A stretch of DNA of 63,965 bases, the filler included, from Blastocystis sp. subtype 4 (taxonomy: Eukaryota): assembly GCF_000743755.1 (NCBI RefSeq). It is 9 parts of 9 records of this genome, joined end to end, with 100 filler letters (N's around TTAATTAATTAA, not from the genome) between each part and the next. Parts side by side here need not be neighbours in the genome. Positions count along the whole stretch, not along the records: positions 1 to 7,332 come from NW_014569148.1; positions 7,433 to 14,723 come from NW_014569147.1; 7 more parts are not named here. One strand, given 5' to 3'. Each line of letters opens with the position of its first letter. Position 1 is the first letter of the stretch. The notes below the pieces were generated by a model. That model was given only the letters and a program-made list of their open reading frames with translations. It searched no databases and had not been told where the DNA came from. Of this stretch, positions 1-12,896 are shown piece by piece. Made by a program: the position numbers and the translations under genes.

Positions 1-99
1 AAAGAAACGAGTACACAGAGACTTGGTCATGGTCACGTTCAGAGAACGAGAAGCGATGGCCGACGATCTTAGCGATTGCTTAAGAGCGTTAGCGAACAT
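1..99 (-). CDS. 5' end of a gene with a probable mitochondrion-related organelle targeting peptide (partial, runs off window)
   Basis: ATG at 99 reads MFANALKQSLRSSAIASRSLNVTMTKSLCTRFF: Ser/Arg/Ala-rich, no acidic residues. Confidence 0.55.
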   Translation of the reverse strand, partial: MFANALKQSLRSSAIASRSLNVTMTKSLCTRFF

Positions 100-506
100 T
101 TTGGAGACGCTAAAAGGATCAGAAAGGGTTTTTTGTGAATAGTGGAAACTATGAAGCCAGTTCCACGTTTCTCCTAGGGAGTTTCATTCCTTTGACTCCC
201 ATCGATCGTAAATCCCATTCGCTTCCTTGATATTTGCTGGAGAATCTGATGACACGACACAGAATAGCCAAAACCTCTTGTTTATTTTGGAGTAGATGGG
301 ATGCCATTCAATTCTCCCTCATTTTCCGTTTTGATACAATTTTAGGATCTCAACAAAGTTGTACATGATAACAGAACACTTGAAATATCAATTTGGGAGG
401 ATCGATATGAATTGGAAAACAACTTGTCAGAATTTGTGTATACACCAATATTGTCAATAATAGTTAAAGTAGGATATGGATTCTTGTCATTTCTCTTTTA
501 GCAGAA

Positions 507-3500
507 ATGAGTGTTAAGGTTGGTAAGGAAGCAGCAAAAGTGTTTTCGAAGACAATTAATAGTCCGAAGACTGCATTCCCCATGTTTGCCAATCCTGCTA
601 CAAGAGAGAAACCCTATTTAAAGAAGTGTACTTCTAGTACTATTATGGTCGATCCGTTACTGATAATTAGATCTGTATTCCTGGCAATTACGGACTCGAG
701 CAGCAGACAAAGCCAAAGTATGGATTACACATGATGGACCTCCATATGCTAATGGCGAACTGCATATGGGACACTTTGAAAACAAGGTAGTTTTGGAGTT
801 CTGGAATCTGATTGTTTAGGTCCTGAAAGATATTATCAATCGTCATAAACTACTTTCCGGGTACTGGTTTTCTATTCAGTACTCATTTATAGCTATCGTG
901 TTGAATACAAACTTGGTTGGGATTGTCATGGACTTCCTATAGAATTGAAGGTACTGCAGTCGATTGCTTCCAATGATAAAGTTACTGATCCGGTTCAAAT
1001 CCGTCAGTTGTGTCGGAAGTTTGCTTCTGATACTATCAAAAAGCAGAAGAAGTCTATTTCGCAATGGGGAATCATGTGTGATATATCCTGATTGGATTCT
1101 CATCTGTTGGCCTTTATTTCATTTGGAAGATAAAAACAAGACGGGTTGTTACTATACATTAACGAAAGATTATGAGATTAAGGAGTTACGTACATATCTC
1201 TCTTTACAATTATTCCTAGATCTTTTTAAGGAAATGGTGAAGAAGGGTTATGTTTATCGGGGTTTGAAGCCTGTTTATTGGTCCCCCAAATCCCATACTG
1301 CCTTAGCCGAAGCAGAGTTGGAGTAAACCGTATTCAATTTATTCTATTATAGATATAACGGGAATCATAAGAGTGAGAGCATATACCTCACCTTTGATAT
1401 CACAAGATCAACCAATGCGTCATTGCAATCCCTTCTTTCACAACGTTCTGTTCAAGCTGTGATATCTTCTTGAGTCTCTAACTTCTAGCTGGTATATACA
1501 ACGACGCCATGGACAGTACCATCCAATCTTTGCTTGTGTGTGAATCCAAATGCAGAATATGTTGTTATTGAGGATTCTACAAATCCAGGTAATTCTTTGT
1601 TCTCATATTCATTCATAGGATCTGCATATCTAGTCATGAAACATCAAATCTCATTTCTTTCGTCTCTCCTCTCAAAGTCATTTACGATTCTTCTAGATGG
1701 GATCTCTGGTCTTTCTCTCCAAGGTAGTGTTTATCATCATCCTCTGTTCAATTCGTATTCTTTTATTTTCTCTCTTTCCTAGATCTCATGTCTTCATTAG
1801 TGGTTATCATGTTACTGAGGATACAGGTACCGGTATTGTTCACACTGCACCTGCTCATGGTCTGGATGACTTTAATATTTGCAAGTATCACAATGTGATC
1901 ACCATTCCAGATGTTGCTGATGATACTTCGTCAAGCTCTTCAATACCTCGTGTATCTATTCCTGATGATATTCCTCATTATGTATTGAAAGAGGATGTGG
2001 ATGAGAATGGATGTTATTATTCTGATGTATGGACTGATCGACTTCATGGCAAGGATGTATTGACTGAAGGTAATAAGGAAGTGGTATTTTATATGTTATC
2101 TGAATCTCATTTAGATTGCTATGTTACAAGAATCAAATCATCTCGTCTTCCAACAAACCATCACTCATCGGTATCCTTATGACTGGCGTGCCAAGACACC
2201 ACTCATTTTCAGAGTCACACCCCAGTGGTTTATCAATACTTCTCTTCTCACCCATGATGGAACTGTCATTCAGCAACTCCAACATACAACCATGTTACCT
2301 CCCTCTTCGTTCTCTCGCTTATCATCAATGATTCAGACACGACCTGATTGGTGTATCTCTCGACAACGTGCCTGGGGTGTACCAATTCCTATTGTATATC
2401 GCAAGCAAGGAAATAGTGAGTCAATGATCCAGAGTGAAGTAAATATGAATCATATCATATCTCTACTGACAGAACGAGGCACAGACTATTGGTTTAGTGA
2501 TGTATCAGATGATGTATTTGTCTGTGATGAAGTCATTCTTATGTCTCTAGATGAGTTATAGGAACGACAAAAGGATGATCCTACTGTTACTTATCGTCGA
2601 TGTCGGGATACTTTGGATGTTTGGGTTGACAGTGGTGTATCATGGTATCACAATTATCCTTCAACCATTGCTGATCTGTATCGAATAACTCTTGTATATC
2701 ATCCTAGGTATTTAGAAGGAAGTGATCAACATCGAGGTTGGTTTCAAAGCAGCATCTTCACCAGCTATGTGATGCGACAGCAGTTGCCTTTCAAGACTCT
2801 TATTACCCATGGGTTTTTAGTGGATGAAAAGGTGAATTCCATTTTGCTATATTAGAAATAGGGACAGAAAATGTCAAAATCATTGGGCAATTTGGTGACA
2901 CCTGCCCAATTAATAGCAGGACCTTCTACTTCTCCATCCAAAGGAAAGCAGCCTCCAAAAACCCTTCTTGATAAGGCCTGGCCAGTAGATGTGTTACGAT
3001 TATGGGTCGCTGCTTCCGACTACACCTATGATGTGTCTTTGGGTGTACAACAATTGTTGAAAGTGCAGGAAACATATCAGAAGATTCGGAACACCAATCG
3101 GTATCTATTGTCAAATCTCTATGATTATGATGTTTCGAAGGATCGGATGGATTATTCTTTGCTTTCTATTCCTGATAAGTGGTGTTTGAGTCGATTGTTC
3201 TCGGTCTCACAGGAAATCCGAAATGCTTATGAGCACTTTACTTTTACGGATGTGTATGGTTCTTTTAGCTCATTTCCTGTAGATATCGTTCGCTTACCTC
3301 CTTTACAGTGACTGATTTGTCTGCAACATACTTTGACATTGTGAAAGATCGACTGTATACGGACAGTCCAAATTCGCCAAGACGAAGAGCCACTCAAACG
3401 GTTCTATATGATGTCCTTCAAACGCTTCCTCGACTGATTGCTCCTATTACTCCGTTCTTGGCAGAGGAGATCTATAGCTCGATGCAAAAAGATCTTGCTA

Positions 3501-4050
3501 AGAGTGTATTTGAGGACGGTTACTATGAGATGAAGAAAGAATGGAACAATCCATCAATTTCAAAAGTTTGGAGTATACATTTGCAATCGGTTTCTATGTA
3601 GATTCTATTACTGTAGTTAAAAGTGAAATTAACCGTGAGCTAGAAAAACTGAAAAAGGAAGGAACCATTAAGAGTAGTTTGGAGGTAGATGTTTCTGTCT
3701 TATCCGGTAGAAGAAATAGGAACTATATGATCTTTAGACGCATTTACATCTGTTGCCTCTGAAGAACTGGAGGACTCATTCTTATGTTCGAACGTAAAAT
3801 TGTGTTAGCTTAATAAACGTAGGTTTTCAAAGAAAAGATCAATGGGGATGTGTTATATGAAGGAGATATTACTGTTGAAGATTCTACATGTCAGTTGCAA
3901 GTATTTTTTCTATTAGGAAGCCAAGTATAGATCCGAAAGAGTTTAGGAGGGAAATGTCCCCGTTGCTGGAAGTACAAAGATTTAGTTTCATGGTCCAGTA
4001 ACTATGATCCAGTTTGCCAGCGGTGTTGCTCGGTTTTGATGAATCATTAA
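507..4050 (+). CDS. IARS2: Isoleucyl-tRNA synthetase, organellar/bacterial type 1, multi-exon
   Basis: Spliced motifs [67 protein letters not shown] (~2868), C-terminal CPRCW..CQRC Zn site, TAA 4048-4050; many ~30-nt introns; true start may be upstream. Confidence 0.95.
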
Positions 4051-4453
4051 GTAGTCTAAGCGGTTTATACTGTTTCGTTGATTTACATACATTCTGGATA
4101 GATCCGCCATAATACTCTTGGAAGAGATCTTATTCCTACTCTCAGTTACTGGCCAATCAGATTTAATATTTCCAAATAAGGAGCATTACCACAAACATAC
4201 AAGTTAATTACTTTTTGTTCTTTGGTTTGTCTTCTGTCCTCATCCAGAAGATTATCTTGCATTAATCTGTGCGTATACGGTGTTGTGATTGTGGTTCTTG
4301 TGATTCCTTTTTCTACATCCTATCTGTTCCCTAAGAGACTTTCTGAACGTTCTCAAAATGAAAGAACCCCCAACAGTGCTGCTTGAAAATTGCAAGCAAT
4401 ATGAAGTGAGTACACCTCGAATTACTGAAAGAGATACAGCAACGGAATTTGAT

Positions 4454-6246
4454 ATGCCTTTAAGTCAACTTCGATACATTTCTGGTTGAAGAGTGAGCTA
4501 CTGGATAATAACTAGAGCAGGTTAGTGAAGACATTGATGCCGTGGAAATGACAGATCCTCCGAGTTATTATTGTTTGATTTAGGCTCTCAACTGATATAT
4601 AGTTTTATCGAACGATGAGATGGTCTCTTCAACGAATAGGAGGCAGTCCTCAGATTTGCAACATGACAGTGTTGGTTCGCCTGTTATGGAGTATGCGAAC
4701 ACTTCACGACAATATTCTCATGATTTTTCGTTTGCAAATAGCCAGGACAGTAGTACCGGATATCCATATCCTCCATCCGTTTCGTGTGAACCGGGTCCCG
4801 GTAGTTATTCATCCTTTCGTAGTGGTTATTCTTCAATACGTTTTTCAGGGTATTCAGGAGCTTCTGGGCAGGAAGGACGTCGTCATTCTGTAGATGCTTA
4901 TGGGACTGGAGATTCATTCTCCAATCGTTCTAGTTCATCCCGAAATAGTTCTCTTTTGCGCCATCTGTCTTCTGGACGAAGTAATGTTTCATTATCCTTT
5001 TAAGCGAAGATGGGTCAGGAGTTGTTGATGATTATTCTCTGCCAAATCCTTATGTACAGGGCTATTCATTTCAAGATCGTAAGGGAGAATTAACTCTCCA
5101 AGGCTCCCCTTCATCGAATGGCTTGCCTCCTAGTGGTCTTTGTGAATTTTCTTCAGAGACATCCTCATTCAGTCGAATGCCTCACCATAACGCTTCGCCC
5201 TCCTCCACTATCTCCGCTGTCTCCGCTGTCTCCGCTGTCTCCGCCAATCCTGTGGATCCTCCTGAGACCAATCTTTCTAAACAGTCTGACTCCTCTCTTA
5301 GTAGTGAGAGTGTAGTCGAAAGTCTGACACGTCAAGATTCCATTAGACATTTACGACAGATTGATGAGTCTTCTCAAGTGGATTCCTCTTATCCTCGATA
5401 TGTACCTGTAGACAACACGCGTCGGTTTGGTCAGAGATTCGAACATCCAATTTTCTATCAAATGATGATGGATCCTGAATTGCGACAGGAGTGTGGACTA
5501 AACTACTCAAGACAGGTCTCTGCTCCTCAACTGTCTGTAGAGCATGATATGGATGAGAATTTGTTTGGACATGTATTGCCTTCATCATCAACTCGAGACC
5601 CACTGTCACGAGCACTTCATTTCTCATCCCCTGTCACCTACTCATCCTCTTATCTCGGAATGGTCTTTGACAACCAATCGGAAGAGAATAGGAGATCAAT
5701 GAATAACCGTGGGAATGAACGACGAAATGAAAAGCCAGAATTGAAGTCAGCATCTCATCCAGCATTCCCAATGAGTCCCAAAAGGCAAAGTAGGTGGATT
5801 CAGGGGATTGTTACATAGGTACCCAGAATCTGCTCCCAGGAGAGAATAATCCTGATGCACTTCCTGGAGCCAATTTGTGTTATGACTTCATGAATAAGGG
5901 AGTGTATGGAAATAGATTCGAGTTGAATTGTAGATGTGAGCGCCAACAGAATGGTGGGATTTGTCGATTCCGACATTTAGATCCGAATCATCCAGATGCT
6001 ATCGCCGATCGATTCAAGAACGGTTTTTTGTCTCAAGAGGAGATTGACAAGTATAAGTTGAGAAAATGTGAGCCTAATGAAGTTAATCCCTTTGCTCCAG
6101 AAGGAGCTAAGATTTGTTTCGAGTTTCTAAACAAGAAAGTTTGTGGGCGAACAAGCAATATGAAGATTTGCCGCTATCGCCATCTACTGCCAAGTCATCC
6201 TGATGCTGTAGCAGATCGTGTCAGGAATTCTAAGAGAAAGGCATAA
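4454..6246 (+). CDS. Ser-rich low-complexity protein with two C-terminal CCCH-type zinc fingers (start approximate)
   Basis: ORFs 4620-5003, 5123-5818, 5794-6246 joined by short introns; duplicated module CYDFMNKGVCERQQNGGICRFRH / CFEFLNKKVCGRTSNMKICRYRH. Confidence 0.7.
5211..5244 (+). repeat. 9-nt coding tandem repeat (TCTCCGCTG) encoding SAV repeats
   Basis: Directly visible, ~3.5 copies. Confidence 0.9.
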
Positions 6247-6307
6247 TGTATTATGTGCTGTGATTTGTGTTTCGCTCTTAAAGGCTTTGTATCACTTGTT
6301 TGTTTCG

Positions 6308-7167
6308 ATGAGCTTTGTAAGGGATCTGTCTACTTATCTTATCGTAGGATAGCGATAATCCATTCCTCCCGGAGGTAGAAGTGGTGGATCGCAAGTATTC
6401 GTTATTACGTTCGTTGAGAAAATAGAGAGCCCGTTCGGTTCACCCCAGATAGTATTAAACAGGCGAGTCATCCAACCATTGTTATTGCTCACGTTGCATT
6501 CAAAGTAAGAATAGTGCATGTAATCGACTCTTAGATCCTTTCAGTTGTTTGGTACCTATTCTGCGGGTGGTTTACGTCTAATTTAAGCGTCAATCTTGTC
6601 TCCATTTCCTTTCTCGTGATCATCGACTTTTATATTACAAAGAATATTTCAGGGAGATATCTAGTTGGGCTAAGATGGTGGGGAACAACAGATGCTGACG
6701 GAAATCTGAAATGGAGATATGAAACACGCGATGTAGGTCTCTTTCTCTCCATTCTTTTGTAGACGAAGACGGCTTCGGTAGGAGGTAAAATTGATAACAC
6801 AGTATTCTGGATGTTTACATTTGCTTATCCAGTCTGCTGGTATGTGTATTGAAACTAATTGAGTGGAAGGTTTTTCTTAGCATTTGTGTCCCTACTACGC
6901 CTCCATCTTACATGGTTATTAGTGTGTGTTAGCGCTTGCGGACTATCCTTTCTGAATGCTTATCTGTACCTTCAGGCATCTCGAAGTGGAAAAGGAGGGA
7001 GGATCTTAGCTATAGAAACGACTCAACAAGTTAACATTCTCAACTACATTCCTGACAAGGTAAAGACAAAAGCTGTGGAGTAGAATCGTTTTTGTGATTT
7101 GATGCGTAGTACCTTGAAGATCTCTTTGGTGAATGTGATGGAAGTTGCTGCAAATAAGGCTGTATAG
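6308..7167 (+). CDS. TVP23: Golgi membrane protein TVP23/FAM18
   Basis: Spliced peptides HPTIVIAHVAFK and DFYITKNISGRYLVGLRWW...WRYE match the TVP23 signature. Confidence 0.88.
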
Positions 7168-7196
7168 ATAGGGAAGTGTTTATTCTACAAACAAAT

Positions 7197-7332
7197 TCAC
7201 TTCTTTCCTTTTCCTTTAGCCTTCGCTTTTCGCTCTGCTTCTTTCTTCTCTTTTCTTTCCTTCTTCTCTTGTTTACGTTTCTCTCGTTCTCGATCAATCT
7301 CTCGTTTAGTTTCAATCTCATTCTTCCGGGCA
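7197..7332 (-). CDS. 3' end of a Lys/Glu/Arg-rich protein (partial at contig end)
   Basis: Frame ARKNEIETKREIDREREKRKQEKKERKEKKEAERKAKAKGKGKK-TGA, followed by a TGTTTGTA motif. Confidence 0.6.
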
Positions 7333-7432
7333 NNNNNNNNNNNNNNNNNNNNNNNNNNNNNNNNNNNNNNNNNNNNTTAATTAATTAANNNNNNNNNNNN
7401 NNNNNNNNNNNNNNNNNNNNNNNNNNNNNNNN
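7333..7432. other. Artificial contig linker N44-TTAATTAATTAA-N44
   Basis: Six-frame-stop spacer flanked by Ns. Confidence 0.98.
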
Positions 7433-7915
7433 ATTTTATATTTCTTTTAGGCTTATTCATTTTTACCCCTTTATTGATTGTTTTGTTTGTTTTCTTATTA
7501 TTTGTATTCATTCGAATCATTTCCTTTTTTTCATTCTATTTATATATCATTATTGAGCACAGTAGAATTGTTTGTTGTTACTATTGTCCATTTTTAGTTT
7601 GGTTAGTTCAGTTCTCTTAATCTATTCATACCAATATAGTTTATGTACAATTCTCTAATCTCTCCATGTCAGCTTACTTATCATAGAACTTGACCATCTG
7701 GCTATTCCATCTCATCTGTTATCAATTGTATGCATTGTAAAGTCTAGAAGGCTATAATCGATATATCTACCATCGAATGAGCTCTGTATTTAATGACTAT
7801 AGGGTATGATGCTCATCAGAGGGTTGCATGGTCCTGCTTTTTCTCTCTCTAAGCACTAATAAACTCAAGTTCTTTGCTACCAGTACTATTTTCTCTATCA
7901 AATCATAATGTGTAG

Positions 7916-8409
7916 ATGGTGAAGTGTCTTAAGCCCGGAAAGGTTGTAGTCATTCTGTCTGGCAAGTATGCCGGTAAGAAGGCTGTTATTGTGAAGGTCA
8001 ACGAGAATGCTAACGACAAGCACAAGTTCCCTCATGCTGTTGTTGTTGGTGTTGAACGTCCTCCTCGTAAGGTTGTGAGAGCTATGGACGAGAAGAAGAT
8101 TAACAAGAAGACTCAGATGAAGGTTTTTACTAAGGTAATGAATCTCCAGCACTTCATGCCCACCAGGTTAGGAATTCCTTTCTTCTTTTACATTTTAGAT
8201 ACACTGTTGAGTATGATTTCAGCGCTCTTCCTAAGGAGGGAGTGGAGGCTGCTGAGAAGAAGGCTGCCTTGAAGACCATTGCTAAGACCTTCCAGGAGAG
8301 GTAGGAATAGTTGCAACTGATGATGCACAGTTATTTGAAGCAGAATGAGAACGAGAAGGAGAAGACCAAGGCTGGAGTCGCTTACCTCTTCAAGAAACTC
8401 TATTTCTAA
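7916..8409 (+). CDS. RPL27: 60S ribosomal protein L27 (eL27)
   Basis: MVKCLKPGKVVVILSGKYAGKKAVIVK...HFMPTRY...YLFKKLYF-TAA; two short introns. Confidence 0.97.
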
Positions 8410-8472
8410 AGGGTTTTATGGATGATCGGGTATAGCTTGAGTATTTGTATGTTTGTTTGAAACAAAGAAGAG

Positions 8473-8994
8473 AAGAATATGGATAGTGGTTCCTCCGTTC
8501 CCATTCAAAGGTTTGGAACTCTGACATTTGGGGTCTGGAGTATCCATTCACTCTAGCGGGAGTAGCTATCCCTTTAAACGTTTCATAATACCGATTCCCA
8601 TAAGTTTGAAATGGCGCGTTGTAGGCGACAGATGGACCCGGCTGAGGTACCTCTGGAACAACCGTATTTTTAATCGAATTAATAATCTTCTTGAAAGCAC
8701 CTTTGGTAGATTCATTCGCATGAAGATTCTTGAAGAAGGGTTCTTCGGCCCCAGATTCGTCTAGAAGGAAAGTGGAAGTTTCCGCTACATCTCCATTCGA
8801 TGCAACATGATGAGAAGAATCCAACTGGTCTTTGAGCTGAGTTAACAGAAGATCACTTGGCTACTCATCAGAACGAATAGGAAACACAACAAAAACCAGA
8901 TATGGTGAATGAAGGAACTGATCCAATTCTGTTTGATAGTCCTTACTGATTGATGTTTGAAGAGTTGAATTCTGCAATCAAGACAGTCAACCAT
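8473..8994 (-). CDS. Hypothetical protein; stop probably completed by polyadenylation at 8473
   Basis: ORF 8390-8824 overruns into the RPL27 3' end; degenerate motif TCTTTGTT 5 nt after an in-frame T; start uncertain. Confidence 0.5.
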
Positions 8995-9147
8995 TCATAC
9001 TTCCAATAAATATGATTTTAGGAAAAGGAGTTCATTTCGAATTTGCTGATAATGATTGAGATCCAGCTGAAGATTTGAAGATGATTCTTCTGTCTGAAAT
9101 AGAATCTGGAGTTCTTTCATTCTAGATATAACTTACAGCACACAGTA

Positions 9148-10258
9148 CTACAAGTGACGTGGTTTTAGTCGATTGGATATCACTCCAATGATTACGAAGA
9201 GAGACAGTGTGATTAAGGAGACACAAACAGAAGCAGTAGAATTCATAATCGCAATTATACATCCTACACGTATCATAACATACGTTAATTGAATGTCCTT
9301 CTTCTTCATGGTATCTAGTTCCTGATTGACATAGAAGAGAGAGATCAGGAATGACAGGAAACAGTAACTATGCGTCAATAGGACTGATTAGATGTACAAC
9401 AAAAAGAAAACAGGATGCCGTGAAATTGTGGATTGGATGAGGAAAAGCATACTATGACGCAATAAAGCAGAAATAATAGTAGTCATGAGGAGCGTGTTAT
9501 GAATTCCAACAATCCAAGACCTCCAATGGCTCTGGACAAGGAGCGATCGCAAGACGAATGAAATCAAGACAGGAATTATGCAAATTGGAGATAAGATCAT
9601 AAAAAGAACATAATAGAAGAGAGAAGTGAAACACAATCTATTCATTCATACAGCTCTCATCAAAAACAGTTTTGCATAGATGAACAAAATGCAACTTGCT
9701 GTGATAACAACAGGATATATCCAATACAAACCTAAGTGACATCAAGATTCTACTCCTACTTCTTTGTACCGATATGTTGATCATTAAAGGATATTCAGCA
9801 TTTTCGTATGGATTTGAGAGAAGTATACACGACTTTCGATAAGGAGAGAGGTAAATATCAATTGAACGATCTTCATTTCGAATAACGTCGTATAGTAGAT
9901 GACTGTTCCAACTAGAGTATCTAGTGATTAGATGAAACCAACAATGACAACTGCGAACTAGAAAATAAACCCAAAATAGATTTTAAGAAACTAGAATCAT
10001 CGCTCTTGATAAAGAAAATCGGATCTCCAATATTTGCTGTGATCGTGATTCTCTCATAAGACCACAGTTTAAACATGGAAGTCTCTCCATTGATGCAAAC
10101 TGTCTTGTTTTGATTTCTGGTAAGCTACACTGTATTGAGTTGAGAGATACTACTTGAATGACCTTTCCATTTCTTTGATTAGCTTCAACATAACAAAATA
10201 TACAAGTAATGAAAATAAACCAGATTGTCATGAGAGAAACAATGACAAAAGAGATCAT
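9148..10258 (-). CDS. Multi-pass membrane protein, unknown family
   Basis: Several strongly hydrophobic exons separated by ~30-nt GT-AG introns. Confidence 0.55.
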
Positions 10259-10647
10259 AGAGGTGGAATTATGTTCTCAAGGGTACGGACATAGTGCAAC
10301 ATATAGATAATATGGTAAGATAACGAAACTATAGATACCATTTACAATGAGCTAGCAACAGGTCATTAAATGGTGATGGAAAATGAGTTAATCAGTACTT
10401 GGAATAATGATACTGAAATCTATTTGACTACTTGGACTAGTACTTCATTACTATTGGCGTTAATGACATGTTGGTAAGTACTGAATAGAATATTATATGA
10501 AAATTCACTATCTAACTTATTAGTATCAGCTATGCAAAAACATGGTAAGTTGAACAAACTCTCAACAATATCGAAGCAAATAGTTGAAGATAATGCAAAA
10601 GAGAAACAACTAAAGGCTGATCAAACAAAGATATGACAAAAAGGTAC

Positions 10648-12155
10648 TTATACAGCCATAGAAACCATTTTCTTAAGAGCAGGAGTGAACTGTGATAGGA
10701 AAGAACTGTACTCTAACGAGCCTTCATATCCCATTCTCTTCCTAATATGAGCTATTCTAGCAACATTGATAGGGATCGGGTCATAATCTTTACAGTATTG
10801 GCATATATGAGTACCTAGAAAACCATCAAAAGTGTTATGAACAATCATCTTCTTGGCCCCGGATGTATAAGTCCCAAGTCTCCACTGATAAGCATCAAAT
10901 AGAGTGCCATTATGAAGATGTGATTCTCGATTAGAGAAATCTCCTTCCTTGTTCTTATAACGGTTTGCAAGAAGCTAATGATTAATAATGAATTGAATAG
11001 ATACATGAATCACATTAAAAGAACGATGACTCTGAGAAAAATATGAGTTCAAAGAAGGTAGATTATAAGGATAGAGCTCACTGTAGATAAACTCATCTGT
11101 ATCACATAGAATCAGAGATTGAACTTCATATTTGAAGTGATAGAAACAAGAATTGATTTGAGCTTGCTGATTACTACATTGGATTGGCCATCCCCTGACA
11201 TGTCGAGGCCAAGTGAAATCGACCAGACGAAGATATCCAGAACGAATCAAACCACCAAATTCAGTAACCAATTGAGGCATTGGAGTAGCAACATAGAATA
11301 TAACCATTGATACATTCTGGACACGATAATGAGAAATCCAGAAACGTAGTTCATTAATTGTGTTATAATCAGAGACATAGGCACATACTCCCATAGGAGA
11401 AGGATGAGGATTGGGAAGCCGAATACAGGCTTTGATGTTGTTATATGGATGATGACGCTTTATGTCAATCAATGAGAATTCAATGATATCTCCTTCGTTG
11501 TACTGAATGGATACTGGAACGGAATACTTCAGTACACTATAACCAATATCCGTATTACGTCGAGAAAACAAGTTTCGATAACTTGTGTTCAAGAACAGAA
11601 GGGTATACTGATTGTGTTGTTCATACTGATAATTATCGAGGTGCATTGTATTGATCACAATATAGAAGACAAGTGATCGGTCGATAGCATAGACATCAAC
11701 ATTGACTAAGAATGGCTTAAGGATATCAGGTGTGACAGTCTTGAGATAGCTAGTATAGTCGTTGCATATCGATAGATTTTGTTTCACATCATTCGTAGAC
11801 GAATCTTTAGAATTAGATGCTTCTTTCTTAGGAGAAATAGTTGATACATTCGCCGGTAGATCTATAATCCTTTCCTCGATAACAGTTTGATTCTCTCGCT
11901 CATACTGATTTGTCGTATTGCCAACTGTAATGAAACGATTAGTACTATTATGAAGAACAGGAGGTGAGGTAACTGAACTTCCTCGACTAACATCATGGCG
12001 AAGATACATTCCTTCTTGATCCATACTCCATCCAATACGTGTATACTTACGAGAATTGATAAGTCCAATACTTAAAATGATAGAGACGGTACACCACTAC
12101 ATCATCAATGGAAATCACCTCATACAACAAGCAACAAATTGCCATGAATGGTCAT
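10648..12155 (-). CDS. Glycosyltransferase family 92 (DUF23)-like type II membrane protein
   Basis: N-terminal hydrophobic anchor, CAYVSD..ELRFWISHY, QQAQINSCFY, LCDTDEF (DxD); paralog of 40550-41759 and 41843-43096. Confidence 0.75.
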
Positions 12156-12896
12156 TAGAGATATCAAGGGTAAGGAATCAAATTGATAACTGTTTATGGT
12201 AAATGTCTTATAAGGTTTTCGGGTTTCATTCAAATTTGGATACTGTGCTTTGTTTGTAACAAGTACTAAAAATGCTTCGAACGTAATGTGGAAGAAACAA
12301 GGACAACTGTACAGCATGAACAAAGTCGGATTATTTACGATATATGATGAATATATGAATGACATTTGTCAATTAGCAGGATGAAAACAAGACTAAGCTT
12401 TTAGCAATCCTCTTGTTTCTCTTTGAAGCTAGAAAATAATAAGGAGTATAAGTAACAGTGTTAATCAAAAGAAAATGGATTTGTGAGCTTTGTTAAGAAT
12501 TGATGTCAAGGGCTTGAAGCATTTCGTTTTTGGGAATGGAAACTGCTCTCTTCCTTATAACGACATCTTGTGTGACAAATGACGTAACTTGTGCTACTCT
12601 TACTGTTCCTCTCCTCTCTTTCTGAATTCACTCGTCCTTCTCGAATTGTATTTGGAGATGGTCCTTTCAAGATGGAAGGGTTGAACACATTGATTCAATG
12701 GATGATTGATAATCGTGATAAGGGACTTTATGAATCTTGAACGACACAAAGTGGATTGTATGGTTTTGGATTCTCCGATTTATGGAATTGCATAAATATG
12801 ACTCAATAATTACAAATACACAAAATACTAAGAAAATCGATATGGAGTTCATTAAGCACATCCTTCATAATTACTAATTTATTGCTACTAATCATT

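Noticed and set aside
2171..2180. GTATCCTT U12-like donor in IleRS
   Set aside because: Lies within the conserved coding motif HRYPYDWR; no frame break
507..4050. Fragmented ORFs suggesting pseudogenes, frameshifting or an alternative genetic code
   Set aside because: The breaks I checked are explained by ~30-nt spliceosomal introns that restore conserved motifs
9983..10258. CLNC..R motif suggesting a DHHC palmitoyltransferase
   Set aside because: No DHHC motif found, and another reading frame continues more plausibly
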